Source: Candidatus Woykebacteria bacterium (GTDB lineage Bacteria; Patescibacteriota; Microgenomatia; Woykebacterales; RBG-16-39-9b). From it: a DNA stretch of 64,000 bases. A model generated the notes under the pieces. The model did not search any database and was not told where the DNA came from. It saw only the letters and a list, made by a program, of their open reading frames with translations. Position 1 is the stretch's first letter, and every line of letters starts with the position of its first letter. The stretch is from assembly GCA_040876265.1 (NCBI GenBank), contig JBBDPN010000002.1, positions 100,818 through 164,817 on the forward strand, read 5' to 3'. Of the stretch, positions 37,420-47,110 are shown piece by piece. A program made the position numbers and the translations under genes.

Positions 37420-37776
37420 ATGAGGATAAAGGTTTTATGTATCGTTTTTTCCTTTTTACTTTTTCCTTTTTACTTTACCAACGCTTCCTCTGTTTTCGCC
37501 CAAGAGCCAGCTACTCTTCAGGACCTTGAAACCGTCTTCCGAAGTGTAATCACTTGGGTTGCCGTAATAGGTGGCTTTCTAGCCTTTATCGCCATAATAA
37601 TCGGGGGATTTAAATATATTGTGGCTCGGGGTGATCCAAAGGCAGTTTCTAGCGCTCAAAATACCATTACCTGGGCGGTGATTGGCCTAGTACTGATCAT
37701 TGTAGCCTGGCTCGTACTAGTGGCTATTTCTCAATTCACCGAACAGAACGTCAGGGTATTCGATATTCCATTTTAG
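37420..37776 (+). CDS. VirB2-like pilin
   Basis: GGFKYIVARGDPKAVSSAQNTITWAVIG; TTGACG-N17-TAAAAT before ATG 37420. Confidence 0.87.
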   Translation: MRIKVLCIVFSFLLFPFYFTNASSVFAQEPATLQDLETVFRSVITWVAVIGGFLAFIAIIIGGFKYIVARGDPKAVSSAQNTITWAVIGLVLIIVAWLVLVAISQFTEQNVRVFDIPF

Positions 37777-37836
37777 GCAGATGGTTTACGAATACAATTG
37801 TTAGGTTATTGAAAAATTCGTATGCAGAATATTTTA

Positions 37837-38811
37837 CTATTTAGTCACAGCTTGCACGATTGTTTTTATCTCAACTCGTTCCCCCCGGTCCCCAAAAGTA
37901 AAACCCTCTGCGAAGTACACCGGCCGGAGATATTTATCTTTGTTCGTCAGTAAGTAAGTGAGCTTGATATCAGTGTATCTGACCCTAATAGTTTTAGTTA
38001 GTATCGGGATTGGCCCCCCAATACCAACTATTGTCCCAGAACCCTTCTCTAATTCTTCCCTGACCTCCTCGATAGATTTTATTTTGTAGGTAGATTGATC
38101 GGAAAATTTCAGGGGCTGCAAACTAGCTTTTATCTTTACGATACTATTATCGACAGCTATCCAAATTTGGATTGTATCTTGAATCCCTCCCTCGTTTATT
38201 ACTTCATAATCGCCAGCCGCTTTGCTAAAACTAAATGAATATGTATCAAATTTCTCCTCCCCTTCTACCACCGTTGCCTCAAGTCTACCGGCCACTAACA
38301 AGCGCTCTCTATCTTCCAACTTTATATTCGCCACGTCCCCAATCAAGTTTAGACCCTTTAAAGTCTGTTCCGCCTTTACCGTTGCGTCTCCTTCAGAGAT
38401 AGTAGATTTCTTGATAGGTTTTATATTTGTATAAGTAAATTCCGCTGTAACCGGATCAAATCTTAGATTTTTTGTTTTTTCGCTCCAAACCCTCTGGCCG
38501 CTAATTTCTTTTTCAGAGCTATCAAAGCCAAGCTTCTCTACAATAGTTTCTAAATCAACTGCCGACGCGTTTACATAAACATTCATTACCTCTGGGGTCT
38601 TTCCCTTCGTTCTTACGTCCGAAGCGGTTCCCTCTACGTCAATTTCTTTCGTAAGAGCTGATTTTATTTGTATGGGTTCTAGTTTACCAAACTTTTCTTC
38701 AGCTGCCGGCCCTCTGGACAACCACCAGTAACCGGTAAAAACTACCGTGATAAGGAACAGTGCTGGGATAGACCAATTTTTAATTATTGTCTGGAAATTT
38801 TTTAAACTCAT
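37837..38811 (-). CDS. Hypothetical membrane-anchored extracellular protein
   Basis: N-terminal TM; coupled to the M23 gene. Confidence 0.75.
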   Translation of the reverse strand: MSLKNFQTIIKNWSIPALFLITVVFTGYWWLSRGPAAEEKFGKLEPIQIKSALTKEIDVEGTASDVRTKGKTPEVMNVYVNASAVDLETIVEKLGFDSSEKEISGQRVWSEKTKNLRFDPVTAEFTYTNIKPIKKSTISEGDATVKAEQTLKGLNLIGDVANIKLEDRERLLVAGRLEATVVEGEEKFDTYSFSFSKAAGDYEVINEGGIQDTIQIWIAVDNSIVKIKASLQPLKFSDQSTYKIKSIEEVREELEKGSGTIVGIGGPIPILTKTIRVRYTDIKLTYLLTNKDKYLRPVYFAEGFTFGDRGERVEIKTIVQAVTK

Positions 38812-40013
38812 GGGTGAGGCTTCAATGCACCATAATCTTTAGGATCAACTAGTGATCCTGATAATTCTAGCTCATAATGTACGTGGCTTCCCAAGGAAGC
38901 GCCAGTATCATCCATAATCGCCAGCGGTGTGCTTGTATTCACTACATCACCAACACCCACGGTGACCGATCCTCTCTGCAAATGCGCAAAAAGAGCTTTG
39001 AAGGGGCCGCTGGATAGCTCGATCCTTTGACCGTAGCAGTTACCGCACTCACCATCATCGTGGACAACAGTTACCGTTGCCAGGCCGGAGAAGGGCGAAT
39101 AAACGTTCCAATCTCCGCCAGTTGTGGCAATATCAATACCCTCATGGACATAATAATTTCCAGGGCAGTAGGTGCTACCAGGATTTGGTGTACCGGTTGG
39201 CCAAAAATCACTTCCCGAACAATATACCGCCTTAAGTGGTGCATAGGCTGGCGGCCCTTCCGGAGGATCCCCGATAATTACTGTACCGGTACCTTCTCCT
39301 GGTGTCAGCTGCCCATCCAGATTTCCCTCAACAGTAACATCATTAGAATATATAATATCCATATCTGTAGGGACAGTACAGTCAATGTCTCTAGTGTCGC
39401 TTTCTCCTGCAGCTAATTGCGAGATAGTATAGCTAGTACCAGCGCATTGAGGATCGACTACTTGAATATTGGTCACGTCGGACTCCCCCTCATTTGTTAC
39501 TACGATCGTGTAGGTAACAACCGCCGTGGAACCCGCCGGTCCCAAAGGTAGGGAAGCTACGTTGGGCGTTTTTTGAACGGCTAACACGCTGCCAGCTTCA
39601 GCTTCGGGTATACCACCGACAATAACCATGATAAAAACGCTAATAATAACCACTATAAAAACGATTACAATAACGATAGGTATGAGTATAAGTGCCGCTA
39701 TCACTCCTAGAGCGATTGCGGCTTTTTTAACAACCCCTTGCAGGTATTTTAGCGGGTGGCGAACAGCCTGAAAGGCCTGATCAGCTACCTCGGCGGCGAT
39801 AGCAGCTTCCGGACCAGCAGCGGCGGCGGCCTTTTTTAATCCTTCTTTGGCTACTTGCTTACCACCCTGCTTAACTGCCTCCTTTCCTGCCTGTTTACCG
39901 GCCTCCTTGCCGGCCATTTTCCCGCCTAGTTTTTCACCAGCTTTACGAGCACCATGTCGACCTAGTTGGTCTGCTCCAGATTCTTGTTCTGACTTTTCTT
40001 CTTCCTCGGCCAT
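38808..40013 (-). CDS. M23 peptidase with Ig-like (DUF11-type) domain, T4SS-associated
   Basis: HEGID, FAHL, TG.S.GSHVHYE; VTYTIVVTNEG. Confidence 0.88.
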   Translation of the reverse strand: MAEEEEKSEQESGADQLGRHGARKAGEKLGGKMAGKEAGKQAGKEAVKQGGKQVAKEGLKKAAAAAGPEAAIAAEVADQAFQAVRHPLKYLQGVVKKAAIALGVIAALILIPIVIVIVFIVVIISVFIMVIVGGIPEAEAGSVLAVQKTPNVASLPLGPAGSTAVVTYTIVVTNEGESDVTNIQVVDPQCAGTSYTISQLAAGESDTRDIDCTVPTDMDIIYSNDVTVEGNLDGQLTPGEGTGTVIIGDPPEGPPAYAPLKAVYCSGSDFWPTGTPNPGSTYCPGNYYVHEGIDIATTGGDWNVYSPFSGLATVTVVHDDGECGNCYGQRIELSSGPFKALFAHLQRGSVTVGVGDVVNTSTPLAIMDDTGASLGSHVHYELELSGSLVDPKDYGALKPHP

Positions 40014-40146
40014 AGGCAGTACTTAAATATGTTTTACTCTTATTAACTTTATTCTAAGTCTACAAAGCGGTAACTGCAAGTTTAGGATTTTTGGTTATGA
40101 AAAAATTGACAAGCCTCTTCTTTTTCTCCTATACTTAAATAGACCT

Positions 40147-42078
40147 ATGTCCCTGCCCATAAAGCTAAAGCAGCTTATACTTGGCATTTTAATAACTGTA
40201 ATATTATTCGCTATTCCGACAGCCGCGCTCGCTCAATCAACTAGAGAGTCACCAGCGGGCGAGGGTGCCCAAACCCAAAATTCACAACCACAATATTATA
40301 TAGTGCCTATCCCAAAGTCTGGTGAGGAGACGGGCATTACCCCGATCCCATTACCAAGCGATGATCCCCGTATCCAACAAGCTGCAATTTGGGATGATCT
40401 TGCTAACGCTTTTGGAGCTATCGCCGGAGGGATAGCTAATATAGCCGGTGATGTGGTTGACTGTGTCCTAAGCGCCCCTACCTGTGTTATGGGCGGTTTG
40501 CTCGGTCTCTTCGATTATGGCATGTCTTCAGTCGAAACTTTTGCACTCAGACAAACCGGGGGTGAAGCTTCAGTTGAAGCAGTCGCTGTAGCAGCATCGG
40601 GTAACCCAGTCGCAATACAGGAATTTTTGGATCGAGTATTAGAGGAGGACAATCCCGCTTCGTTCGGTCTTTTAGGATTTGCGGGTAGTTCCTTACCTAC
40701 TTTATTGGCGATGCCCCTACCGATAAACAGCACGCAGTATGTTGCTTCAATAAATCCGTTTACTACGGCAAACGCGGCTATCGGCGACGGCTTTAATGAT
40801 TTATCTGATTCCAACATAATATTAAATATTTGGACAAAAGTGCGTGACGTGTCGTACATCTTGGCAGTAGCGGTACTGGTGATAATTGGTTTCATGATTA
40901 TGCTGCGGGTCCCCATTGGTCCCAGAAATGTTGTCAGCCTCCAAAACACCTTGCCCAGGATCGCTATCGCCCTTTTGCTCGTTACTTTTAGCTTTACTAT
41001 CTCGGGCGTAATGATAGATTTCGTTAGGTTGCTTCACGGTGTCCTGGACAGCTTAGTTGACGTTCCTATTACTTCTACTGCAGGTCTGCTAGGGTTCTTT
41101 GTTGTCATGATAACATCCTTAACAGGAGCTTTATTCGTTACTGGTGGCTTGGCTTTTGGAGCGATACTTTTTATATTGTTACTCACTCTGCTCCTTGCTA
41201 TTGCTATCTTGATAGTTTTCATCATGATCGCTTTCAAACTTATCACTCGGTACGTTATTTTTCTGCTCTTGACGATCTTTGCTCCTCTCTTTTTTATCTT
41301 CGGGGCTATACCAAAAGCCGAAGGCGCTGTCATCTACTGGTTCCGCCGAGCCGCAGCTGCCTTGGTAGCTATCCCGGTCACTTCCCTGGTCATTCAACTA
41401 TCCTTCGCCATTGGTTTTAGCCCAATAAGCGAGCTTGATTTCTTAGCCATACCGGACTTGGAACTTACCGGTGGTGCAGCCGGAGTCTTCCTATCTTGGA
41501 TATTCCTTGCCCCCGTTATTGGACTAGGTATGTTTTTCTACGCTACAAAGGTCCCGGATATGGTTGACCAGATTTTTGATATTAAGCCTGGCCCCCGCGG
41601 CGGCATCGGACCTGGTATAATGCTCGCACCGATTGCTTTAGCTGGAAAGGGTGTCAGATTGGCTTCTGATTACGGTAGATCCCAACAAGGTGTTGAAGCT
41701 CTAGGAAGAACCAACATACCGATAGTTGCCCCTATCGCTAAGTGGGCAGGGAAAACTTTCTACCCACAGGGACATGCAGGTCGCAATCCCGCTGGGCCTG
41801 CAACTATGAATTTGGAAGGAGACGCCGGCCGAACAGATGTGGATAACCAAGATGGTGGATTTCCACCAGGTCCAGCAGGACCACAGCCAGGTGGTCCACA
41901 AGCAGGTGGTAGTGATAGTGCCGTAACAAACGTCACGCCAGGGAAAGGTGCCACAACCCAACAAGGTGGTTCCAGCACGGATGTCAGCAACAGCAATATC
42001 GGCAATCGTGTTGCGAACCTTGAAGGTAGGTCAGCGGAACTTGAAAAAAAGGTCAACAAGGGTACTAAAAAAACATAA
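40147..42078 (+). CDS. VirB6/TrbL-like polytopic membrane protein
   Basis: W..VRD.SY, LPRIAIALLLVTFS..ISG..ID, TIFAPL; Gly/Pro-rich tail; T4SS context. Confidence 0.75.
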   Translation: MSLPIKLKQLILGILITVILFAIPTAALAQSTRESPAGEGAQTQNSQPQYYIVPIPKSGEETGITPIPLPSDDPRIQQAAIWDDLANAFGAIAGGIANIAGDVVDCVLSAPTCVMGGLLGLFDYGMSSVETFALRQTGGEASVEAVAVAASGNPVAIQEFLDRVLEEDNPASFGLLGFAGSSLPTLLAMPLPINSTQYVASINPFTTANAAIGDGFNDLSDSNIILNIWTKVRDVSYILAVAVLVIIGFMIMLRVPIGPRNVVSLQNTLPRIAIALLLVTFSFTISGVMIDFVRLLHGVLDSLVDVPITSTAGLLGFFVVMITSLTGALFVTGGLAFGAILFILLLTLLLAIAILIVFIMIAFKLITRYVIFLLLTIFAPLFFIFGAIPKAEGAVIYWFRRAAAALVAIPVTSLVIQLSFAIGFSPISELDFLAIPDLELTGGAAGVFLSWIFLAPVIGLGMFFYATKVPDMVDQIFDIKPGPRGGIGPGIMLAPIALAGKGVRLASDYGRSQQGVEALGRTNIPIVAPIAKWAGKTFYPQGHAGRNPAGPATMNLEGDAGRTDVDNQDGGFPPGPAGPQPGGPQAGGSDSAVTNVTPGKGATTQQGGSSTDVSNSNIGNRVANLEGRSAELEKKVNKGTKKT

Positions 42079-42084
42079 ATTGCC

Positions 42085-42134
42085 CAAAAAGAAAGGGCCG
42101 TAAGCTGCGGGTAAACGCTAGCTTCGGCCCTTTC
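42085..42134. terminator. Hairpin terminator between convergent genes
   Basis: gaaagggccg...cggccctttc with adjacent A-run. Confidence 0.65.
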
Positions 42135-42140
42135 ACCGCT

Positions 42141-45020
42141 TTACGCGGTGAGTAGCTGGTTCTTGCTGGTGAAGAACACAGCCCTAATCGCTCGTATCTT
42201 TTCCCTCCTTTCGTACTCAGGTAGAGCGGCGTAGAGACCCATGAGGTCGGTCTCGAGCTGCGGCCAATCCTCCGGCCCCATGTTGATGATGCGCGTAGCC
42301 AACTCGCTGCCAGGCTGTGGATCCGTCCCGAATCCTGCGTAGGCGTGGATCCACTCCGCTATCTGAGCTATGTTGGTCAGCAGAACCATTTTTCCTTGGG
42401 TGCGGCCTTCCTGAGTCAGGTTCTTGCTGGTCGCCCAGTGCCATCCAACCCTACGACTGAGCAACACATTCCTCGCCCACTGCATGTCATCCTCACCGTT
42501 CCAGGGCTGATCTTCCTGGACCTCGGCCTTGCCATGTAGAGCGTCGTAGACCGGGTTCAGATAAGACATGAAGCCCAAAGCCATGTACTGGCTCTGACCC
42601 CAGGCATCGTCTCCCGTACGACCCGCGATACCGTGAGCCGCCCATTTGCCAAAGATGCTGCCAGTGAAGGCGCGGCTGTTGTAGATGTAGAACATTTCAG
42701 CCGCTCGGTCCCTCATCCACAAGGTTGCCCGACGTCGGTGGAGGTTGGTCACGTACTCGTTGTCGGGACGCCCGTGACGGATGTCGGGCATGCCGTGGCT
42801 CTCCTTTGCCACAACACTAATGGTGTCGTGGATCCGGTTGAGCTCGGCTTCGCTGTGCTCCTCCTCGACACGCTGTGCAAATGGTTGGCTGGGTTGGTTG
42901 CGCCAGAGCTCGTACAGGAAACCCTTGTAGTAGTTGCCCACCTCCTCCATCGGCCTCCAGAATACGTAGCCCATGGTGAGGAAGTCGCCCTGTCCGTTGG
43001 CTATGGCCTGGTTGTAGGTCTCCTCGCTCATGTGACAGTAGGCACGGATGGCCTCGTCTCCCACGACCCGACGATAGATCTCCAAGACCCGAGGTCCGTC
43101 GGGGGTTTTCATGTTGATGCCCCCTTGGGTGGGGTCGAGGATCAACCGGTGGATAAGCCTTTCCGGAAGCCTGGGTGCCCCGTCGGATTCGTATCCCCAG
43201 AGCGAGTCCATGGGATCGAAGCCGAAGTACTCCCAAAGGGCCGCTAGTTGATGGAAGTCTGTCGGCAAGGGTGCCCCCGCCACCAGCTTCGTGAACTCGT
43301 CGAAGTCCATGTTGGACCAGGCGAGCTTGGTGATGAAGCCCCTGTCCGGATCGGTTGATCCGTGCCAGAATCCGTAGTAGGGGAGGTAGAACTCTGCGTC
43401 ACCGAGACCTCGTTCTGCCAAACCCCCGATGTGGGACAGGTACCAGTCGCTCACCGCCTTCGCTAGGTCGCCGAGGCGCAGCATACCTATGTTTTGCTCC
43501 CTCTTTTGACCACTCCGCTGTTTCTTGTGGGACTGCGCCTTGCCGTCCATGACATGGCTTTCCGCGGATCTCTCCAGAGCCAGGTCTGAAGCAGAGTGTG
43601 ATGGACCGATGTTCCACCATTCACAATACTCCAGCTCCAAATTCTGGGTCGGATCATCAGAAGGTCTGCGGGACAAGACACTAAAGAATCGTTTCCACAG
43701 GGATCTCTGGACCCGACTGGGTTCTTGCTTCACTCGGCGCCTGGAGGGGAGGATTGCCTCAGCCATCCGCTCGGAGTCCGAGACGATGCCGTGGGCGACG
43801 TCCCGTACTGGGTAGTAGATGCCGTAGACGTCACGGTAGTGGTTTGGGTGGGGATCGAAGTTGAGCCGACCGTAGCCCTGGTTGAGCTCAAAGAGCTCCT
43901 GTACCTGAGCTTTTGTCCGTATCAACGGACCGTACATTGCTTCACGAGCTTCTTCGATCTTCGCCAACTTCTCGTCGTCGTAAAGCGGCTCCTCCTCACC
44001 GGTCAGTGGATTTCTGACAAGTGGGTTTGGAGTTTCGATCAGCTTCGGTTGGTAGTAGTTTCCGTCCGCTTCGTAGATCGGCATCCCATCTGAATCTAGC
44101 TCCATGAGACGAGTCGGGTTGGCTACTGTACCGTGTCGTCGGTTGGCGTGGTAGTCCACCTGGACGTTGTTGGGATCGTAGTTTCGAGGATCCTCCGCAG
44201 CCCCGCTTTGGATCAGCACTTCTGCGTAGTTGAAGGTGATCAACTGCTCGGTAGGGTTATATGGCACCCAATCTGTGAACTTCTCGCTCAGCCACTTTCC
44301 TGGGGGGTTACCGGCGGCTCTCCACAGGAACTCCTTGATGCGAAGCTCCATGATCTGCTCCAACGGAACGCCCTTGAGTTCTGGGTTCATGGCCCAGTAA
44401 AGCTCCACCACTTTGGGCTCCCAAGGAGTGGTGATGAGCGAAAAGTCGTAGTCATCCCTGGGCACGAAGAAGGGAACCCAACGACGGATTTCAACACGCT
44501 CCTCGTGACATTTGAGATCGTGCATAAGTCCGCCGAACCTTGCTAAGAGGGTCCACCACCGACTCTTCGAGAGTTTCTGGAGCTCCTTTGGCTGGAGTAT
44601 ATTCACCGGCTCCAGGGACTTGTTTCCCTCATCATCCACCACAATGCGGTGGACAACGGAGATCACCGAGTCAACCAGCAAGATTGGCTTGTGAAAGTAC
44701 TCGGTGAGAGTTCTAGGAAAACGGTCCTCTGGCATCGGTAGTACACCAGGGCTTGGCATGACATTCGCGTAGCGGTGTAGTTCCTGCCTGGGTAACTCCT
44801 GCTTCCTGGACTCGTTCGCCACAGCCAAGTTGAGCTGGGGAACAGTTACGGCCGCACTGCGGTCTCCAGGTCGACCCATAACCTGAGAGACCATACCCGC
44901 CCTTAGGTAAGTGGCCAGAGGCGTGCGCCCACCTACTGATGTCGACGGAGCAGCAAAAGCCTCTTCACGCTGTTGCCTCAACCTCTCCAATCGCTGTTCG
45001 CGAGTTTCCTCCTGAGCCAT
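42141..45020 (-). CDS. Large GC-rich orphan protein (959 aa)
   Basis: Long ORF with AGGAGG SD; no motif recognised. Confidence 0.8.
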   Translation of the reverse strand: MAQEETREQRLERLRQQREEAFAAPSTSVGGRTPLATYLRAGMVSQVMGRPGDRSAAVTVPQLNLAVANESRKQELPRQELHRYANVMPSPGVLPMPEDRFPRTLTEYFHKPILLVDSVISVVHRIVVDDEGNKSLEPVNILQPKELQKLSKSRWWTLLARFGGLMHDLKCHEERVEIRRWVPFFVPRDDYDFSLITTPWEPKVVELYWAMNPELKGVPLEQIMELRIKEFLWRAAGNPPGKWLSEKFTDWVPYNPTEQLITFNYAEVLIQSGAAEDPRNYDPNNVQVDYHANRRHGTVANPTRLMELDSDGMPIYEADGNYYQPKLIETPNPLVRNPLTGEEEPLYDDEKLAKIEEAREAMYGPLIRTKAQVQELFELNQGYGRLNFDPHPNHYRDVYGIYYPVRDVAHGIVSDSERMAEAILPSRRRVKQEPSRVQRSLWKRFFSVLSRRPSDDPTQNLELEYCEWWNIGPSHSASDLALERSAESHVMDGKAQSHKKQRSGQKREQNIGMLRLGDLAKAVSDWYLSHIGGLAERGLGDAEFYLPYYGFWHGSTDPDRGFITKLAWSNMDFDEFTKLVAGAPLPTDFHQLAALWEYFGFDPMDSLWGYESDGAPRLPERLIHRLILDPTQGGINMKTPDGPRVLEIYRRVVGDEAIRAYCHMSEETYNQAIANGQGDFLTMGYVFWRPMEEVGNYYKGFLYELWRNQPSQPFAQRVEEEHSEAELNRIHDTISVVAKESHGMPDIRHGRPDNEYVTNLHRRRATLWMRDRAAEMFYIYNSRAFTGSIFGKWAAHGIAGRTGDDAWGQSQYMALGFMSYLNPVYDALHGKAEVQEDQPWNGEDDMQWARNVLLSRRVGWHWATSKNLTQEGRTQGKMVLLTNIAQIAEWIHAYAGFGTDPQPGSELATRIINMGPEDWPQLETDLMGLYAALPEYERREKIRAIRAVFFTSKNQLLTA

Positions 45021-45249
45021 TTCTAATTCCTCCTATTATTTTGGCCTTACGGCCACTGGATGGATTTCTCCACCCTGTGTGGCCTCGGCCAAAACACAGG
45101 GGGAGGATTTGCACGATATTTTGTTTTTCGTGCTATTAAGTTGTTCGACCCCCTCTTTGGAGGGCTCACCCTAGTCTCAATAATTTAAGACCAAAATGAG
45201 CACCCCAATTTGGGAAATTTTCAACTTTTTTGTTAATGTTCTTTTTCCT

Positions 45250-45342
45250 AAAAAGAAAGTGGGCTCTGGTGACAAATCTTGTTTGCTACCAAAGCCCACC
45301 TCCCAAGGGGGTCCTTACAATACACTTACCCCGGCGGGCTTT
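45250..45342 (-). promoter_or_regulatory. Candidate transcription attenuator (terminator/antiterminator)
   Basis: Terminator stem 45259-45299 plus U-tract; upstream AAAGCCCGCC can pair with its 5' arm. Confidence 0.65.
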
Positions 45343-45387
45343 GTGCGAAAATATCTAGATCAATAAGCTTATTTTTCATTGGAAAAA

Positions 45388-45416
45388 AGTATACCAGAGA
45401 TGAAGCTAGATGTCAA
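45388..45416 (-). promoter_or_regulatory. Sigma70 promoter of the 959-aa orphan
   Basis: TTGACA-N17-TATACT. Confidence 0.8.
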
Positions 45417-45646
45417 TCCTATAGTCTCCTACATATTTTCGAGATTTGCGGGCTCCTTAATTTCTTAAGTATTCTCGGATACTGCGCTAGGCAACTCCTC
45501 CCTAGCTAAGCACCATCATTAGATGAGACCAAACTACTATATAAATTGCACCTAAATGTTGGTACGATGACTATCCGATTAAGCTAATTCCCCACTCCTA
45601 ATTAGCTGTTGTTTTTTTATTTATTTAGAGTTATTATCGGGGATAT

Positions 45647-45868
45647 ATGGCCAAGGCGAGATCCAAGGAAAAATCAATTTCTTCTCTTGCCTTTGAAGAG
45701 ACACGGGAAGCTGTAGTAAAAATTAAAACTCTGAAGCCGCTTCTCTCTAGCAAGGACGCGGAGACCCTTACTATTCTTATGGACAAAGGATTGATGACCC
45801 CTCTTGATAAGAGTTTGAAGGAAGCAGCGGAGGGAAAAATAGAACCCCTTGAAAACATCTTGGCCTGA
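45647..45868 (+). CDS. Putative type II antitoxin
   Basis: ETL.IL.DK.L...L.KSL.E...GK pattern; TGATG overlap with toxin. Confidence 0.75.
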   Translation: MAKARSKEKSISSLAFEETREAVVKIKTLKPLLSSKDAETLTILMDKGLMTPLDKSLKEAAEGKIEPLENILA

Positions 45869-46142
45869 TGTATCAGCGTGTTACCACTCCTTCGGCCAAA
45901 CGCTCCCTAAAGAAGAATTACGCAAAGAAATAATTAGCGCCACGAAAGTTCTCGAGGAGAACCCATTAGCAGGTGAGAAGCTTTCAGGCAGTTTAAGTTT
46001 CCTTTATTCCTTCCACTTCAACTACGAAGACGTCCAGTACCGAGTAGCGTATACTATCGATCAGAACGAGAAGTTGGTGATAATCCATTTTGCAGATAAA
46101 CGTGAAAATTTCTACGAAAAACTAAGAGCTCTGTTCAAATAA
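45868..46142 (+). pseudogene. RelE/ParE-family toxin, apparently frameshifted
   Basis: ATG 45868 gives MYQRVTTPSAKRSLKK then TAA at 45931-45933; RelE body (NPLAGEKL, YRVAY, RENFYEKL) is in another frame. Confidence 0.75.
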
Positions 46143-46303
46143 ATCCCCCCAAAACGCAAAAACGGCCGCTTTGGCAAGTCTTCGCAAGTTACACGTGGCT
46201 GGGATCTGTTGTTGAATGTTCCCATATACGCTTATCCTATGCAAAACCTTAACCTCACGACCGTCTCCGCATATTCTATTGTTATGCGGTTGTAGACGTT
46301 TGC

Positions 46304-47110
46304 CTACTCTTCTCCTTCCTCTGCCGTTTCCTCCAAAACAACTTCCGCCTCGGCGTCCTCCCTCACTCTTTCCTCGTCGGCAGGAGTCGAGGTGGAGGAC
46401 CCGTTAACCGATGTTTCGGCTTCCTCATCCTCGTCCGCGGAACCGATAATGGTCTCCACGAGCTTGTCGACATCGACCTCAGTCTTACGTTCGAGGTAGT
46501 TAAGCGACTTGAAGTAGGCCCTAGCCGCCTGGCGCCGCGCGTCTCTGAGCAACTTGCGTCGGTCCTGGGGGCGCAGTGGGAGATCCTTGTTTTCGTAGTC
46601 CGCAAGGGACTCCCGAGCGACCCGGGCGTTCAGCTCGATTTGGTCCCGTAGGACATCGAGCTTCTTCTGCTCCTGCTCTTTGGCGGTCTCGTCTGGATTC
46701 GCCGATTCGATCTTACCTGACTTGGCGAGGTTTTCCTCCACCAGTATAAGCAGGTTCCTGGCGATATCCTCGGTGAGTTGCCGCTCGACGCGGTAGATGA
46801 TCCTCTGCGCCATGAGCAGGTTACCGGCGACGTTCTTCCATTTGTCTGGGAGCTTCTCTTCAGCCTCTTCGACGTAGAGCTCGGCGTCCTCCAGCTCACG
46901 TTGGTGCCTGGATAGATCCAGGAAGGACAGTTGGATCATCTGCTTCCGGATCCGCTCACCCCGATCTCGAACCTTGTCCTTTACACTCGGCAAGGCACAG
47001 ACATCGCAAACCTCCTGAGACGCACCATCGACATCCTGTGTCACGGCACGTCCTCTAGGAAGGCGTTTCTTCTCGCACTTTGGACAAGTGCGAACCATCA
47101 GTTCCGCCAT
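46304..47110 (-). CDS. GC-rich orphan with N-terminal CxxC..CxxC Zn ribbon, helical body and acidic tail
   Basis: CPKC...CDVC; AAGGAG SD; TTGACT-N17-TATACT promoter. Confidence 0.78.
   Translation of the reverse strand: MAELMVRTCPKCEKKRLPRGRAVTQDVDGASQEVCDVCALPSVKDKVRDRGERIRKQMIQLSFLDLSRHQRELEDAELYVEEAEEKLPDKWKNVAGNLLMAQRIIYRVERQLTEDIARNLLILVEENLAKSGKIESANPDETAKEQEQKKLDVLRDQIELNARVARESLADYENKDLPLRPQDRRKLLRDARRQAARAYFKSLNYLERKTEVDVDKLVETIIGSADEDEEAETSVNGSSTSTPADEERVREDAEAEVVLEETAEEGEE

Noticed and set aside
42217-44694. Many overlapping ORFs within the 959-aa gene
   Set aside because: Expected shadow ORFs of GC-rich coding DNA
45250-45380. Known riboswitch (c-di-GMP, SAM, T-box) in the leader
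   Set aside because: Could not match conserved aptamer nucleotides by eye; needs an Rfam scan
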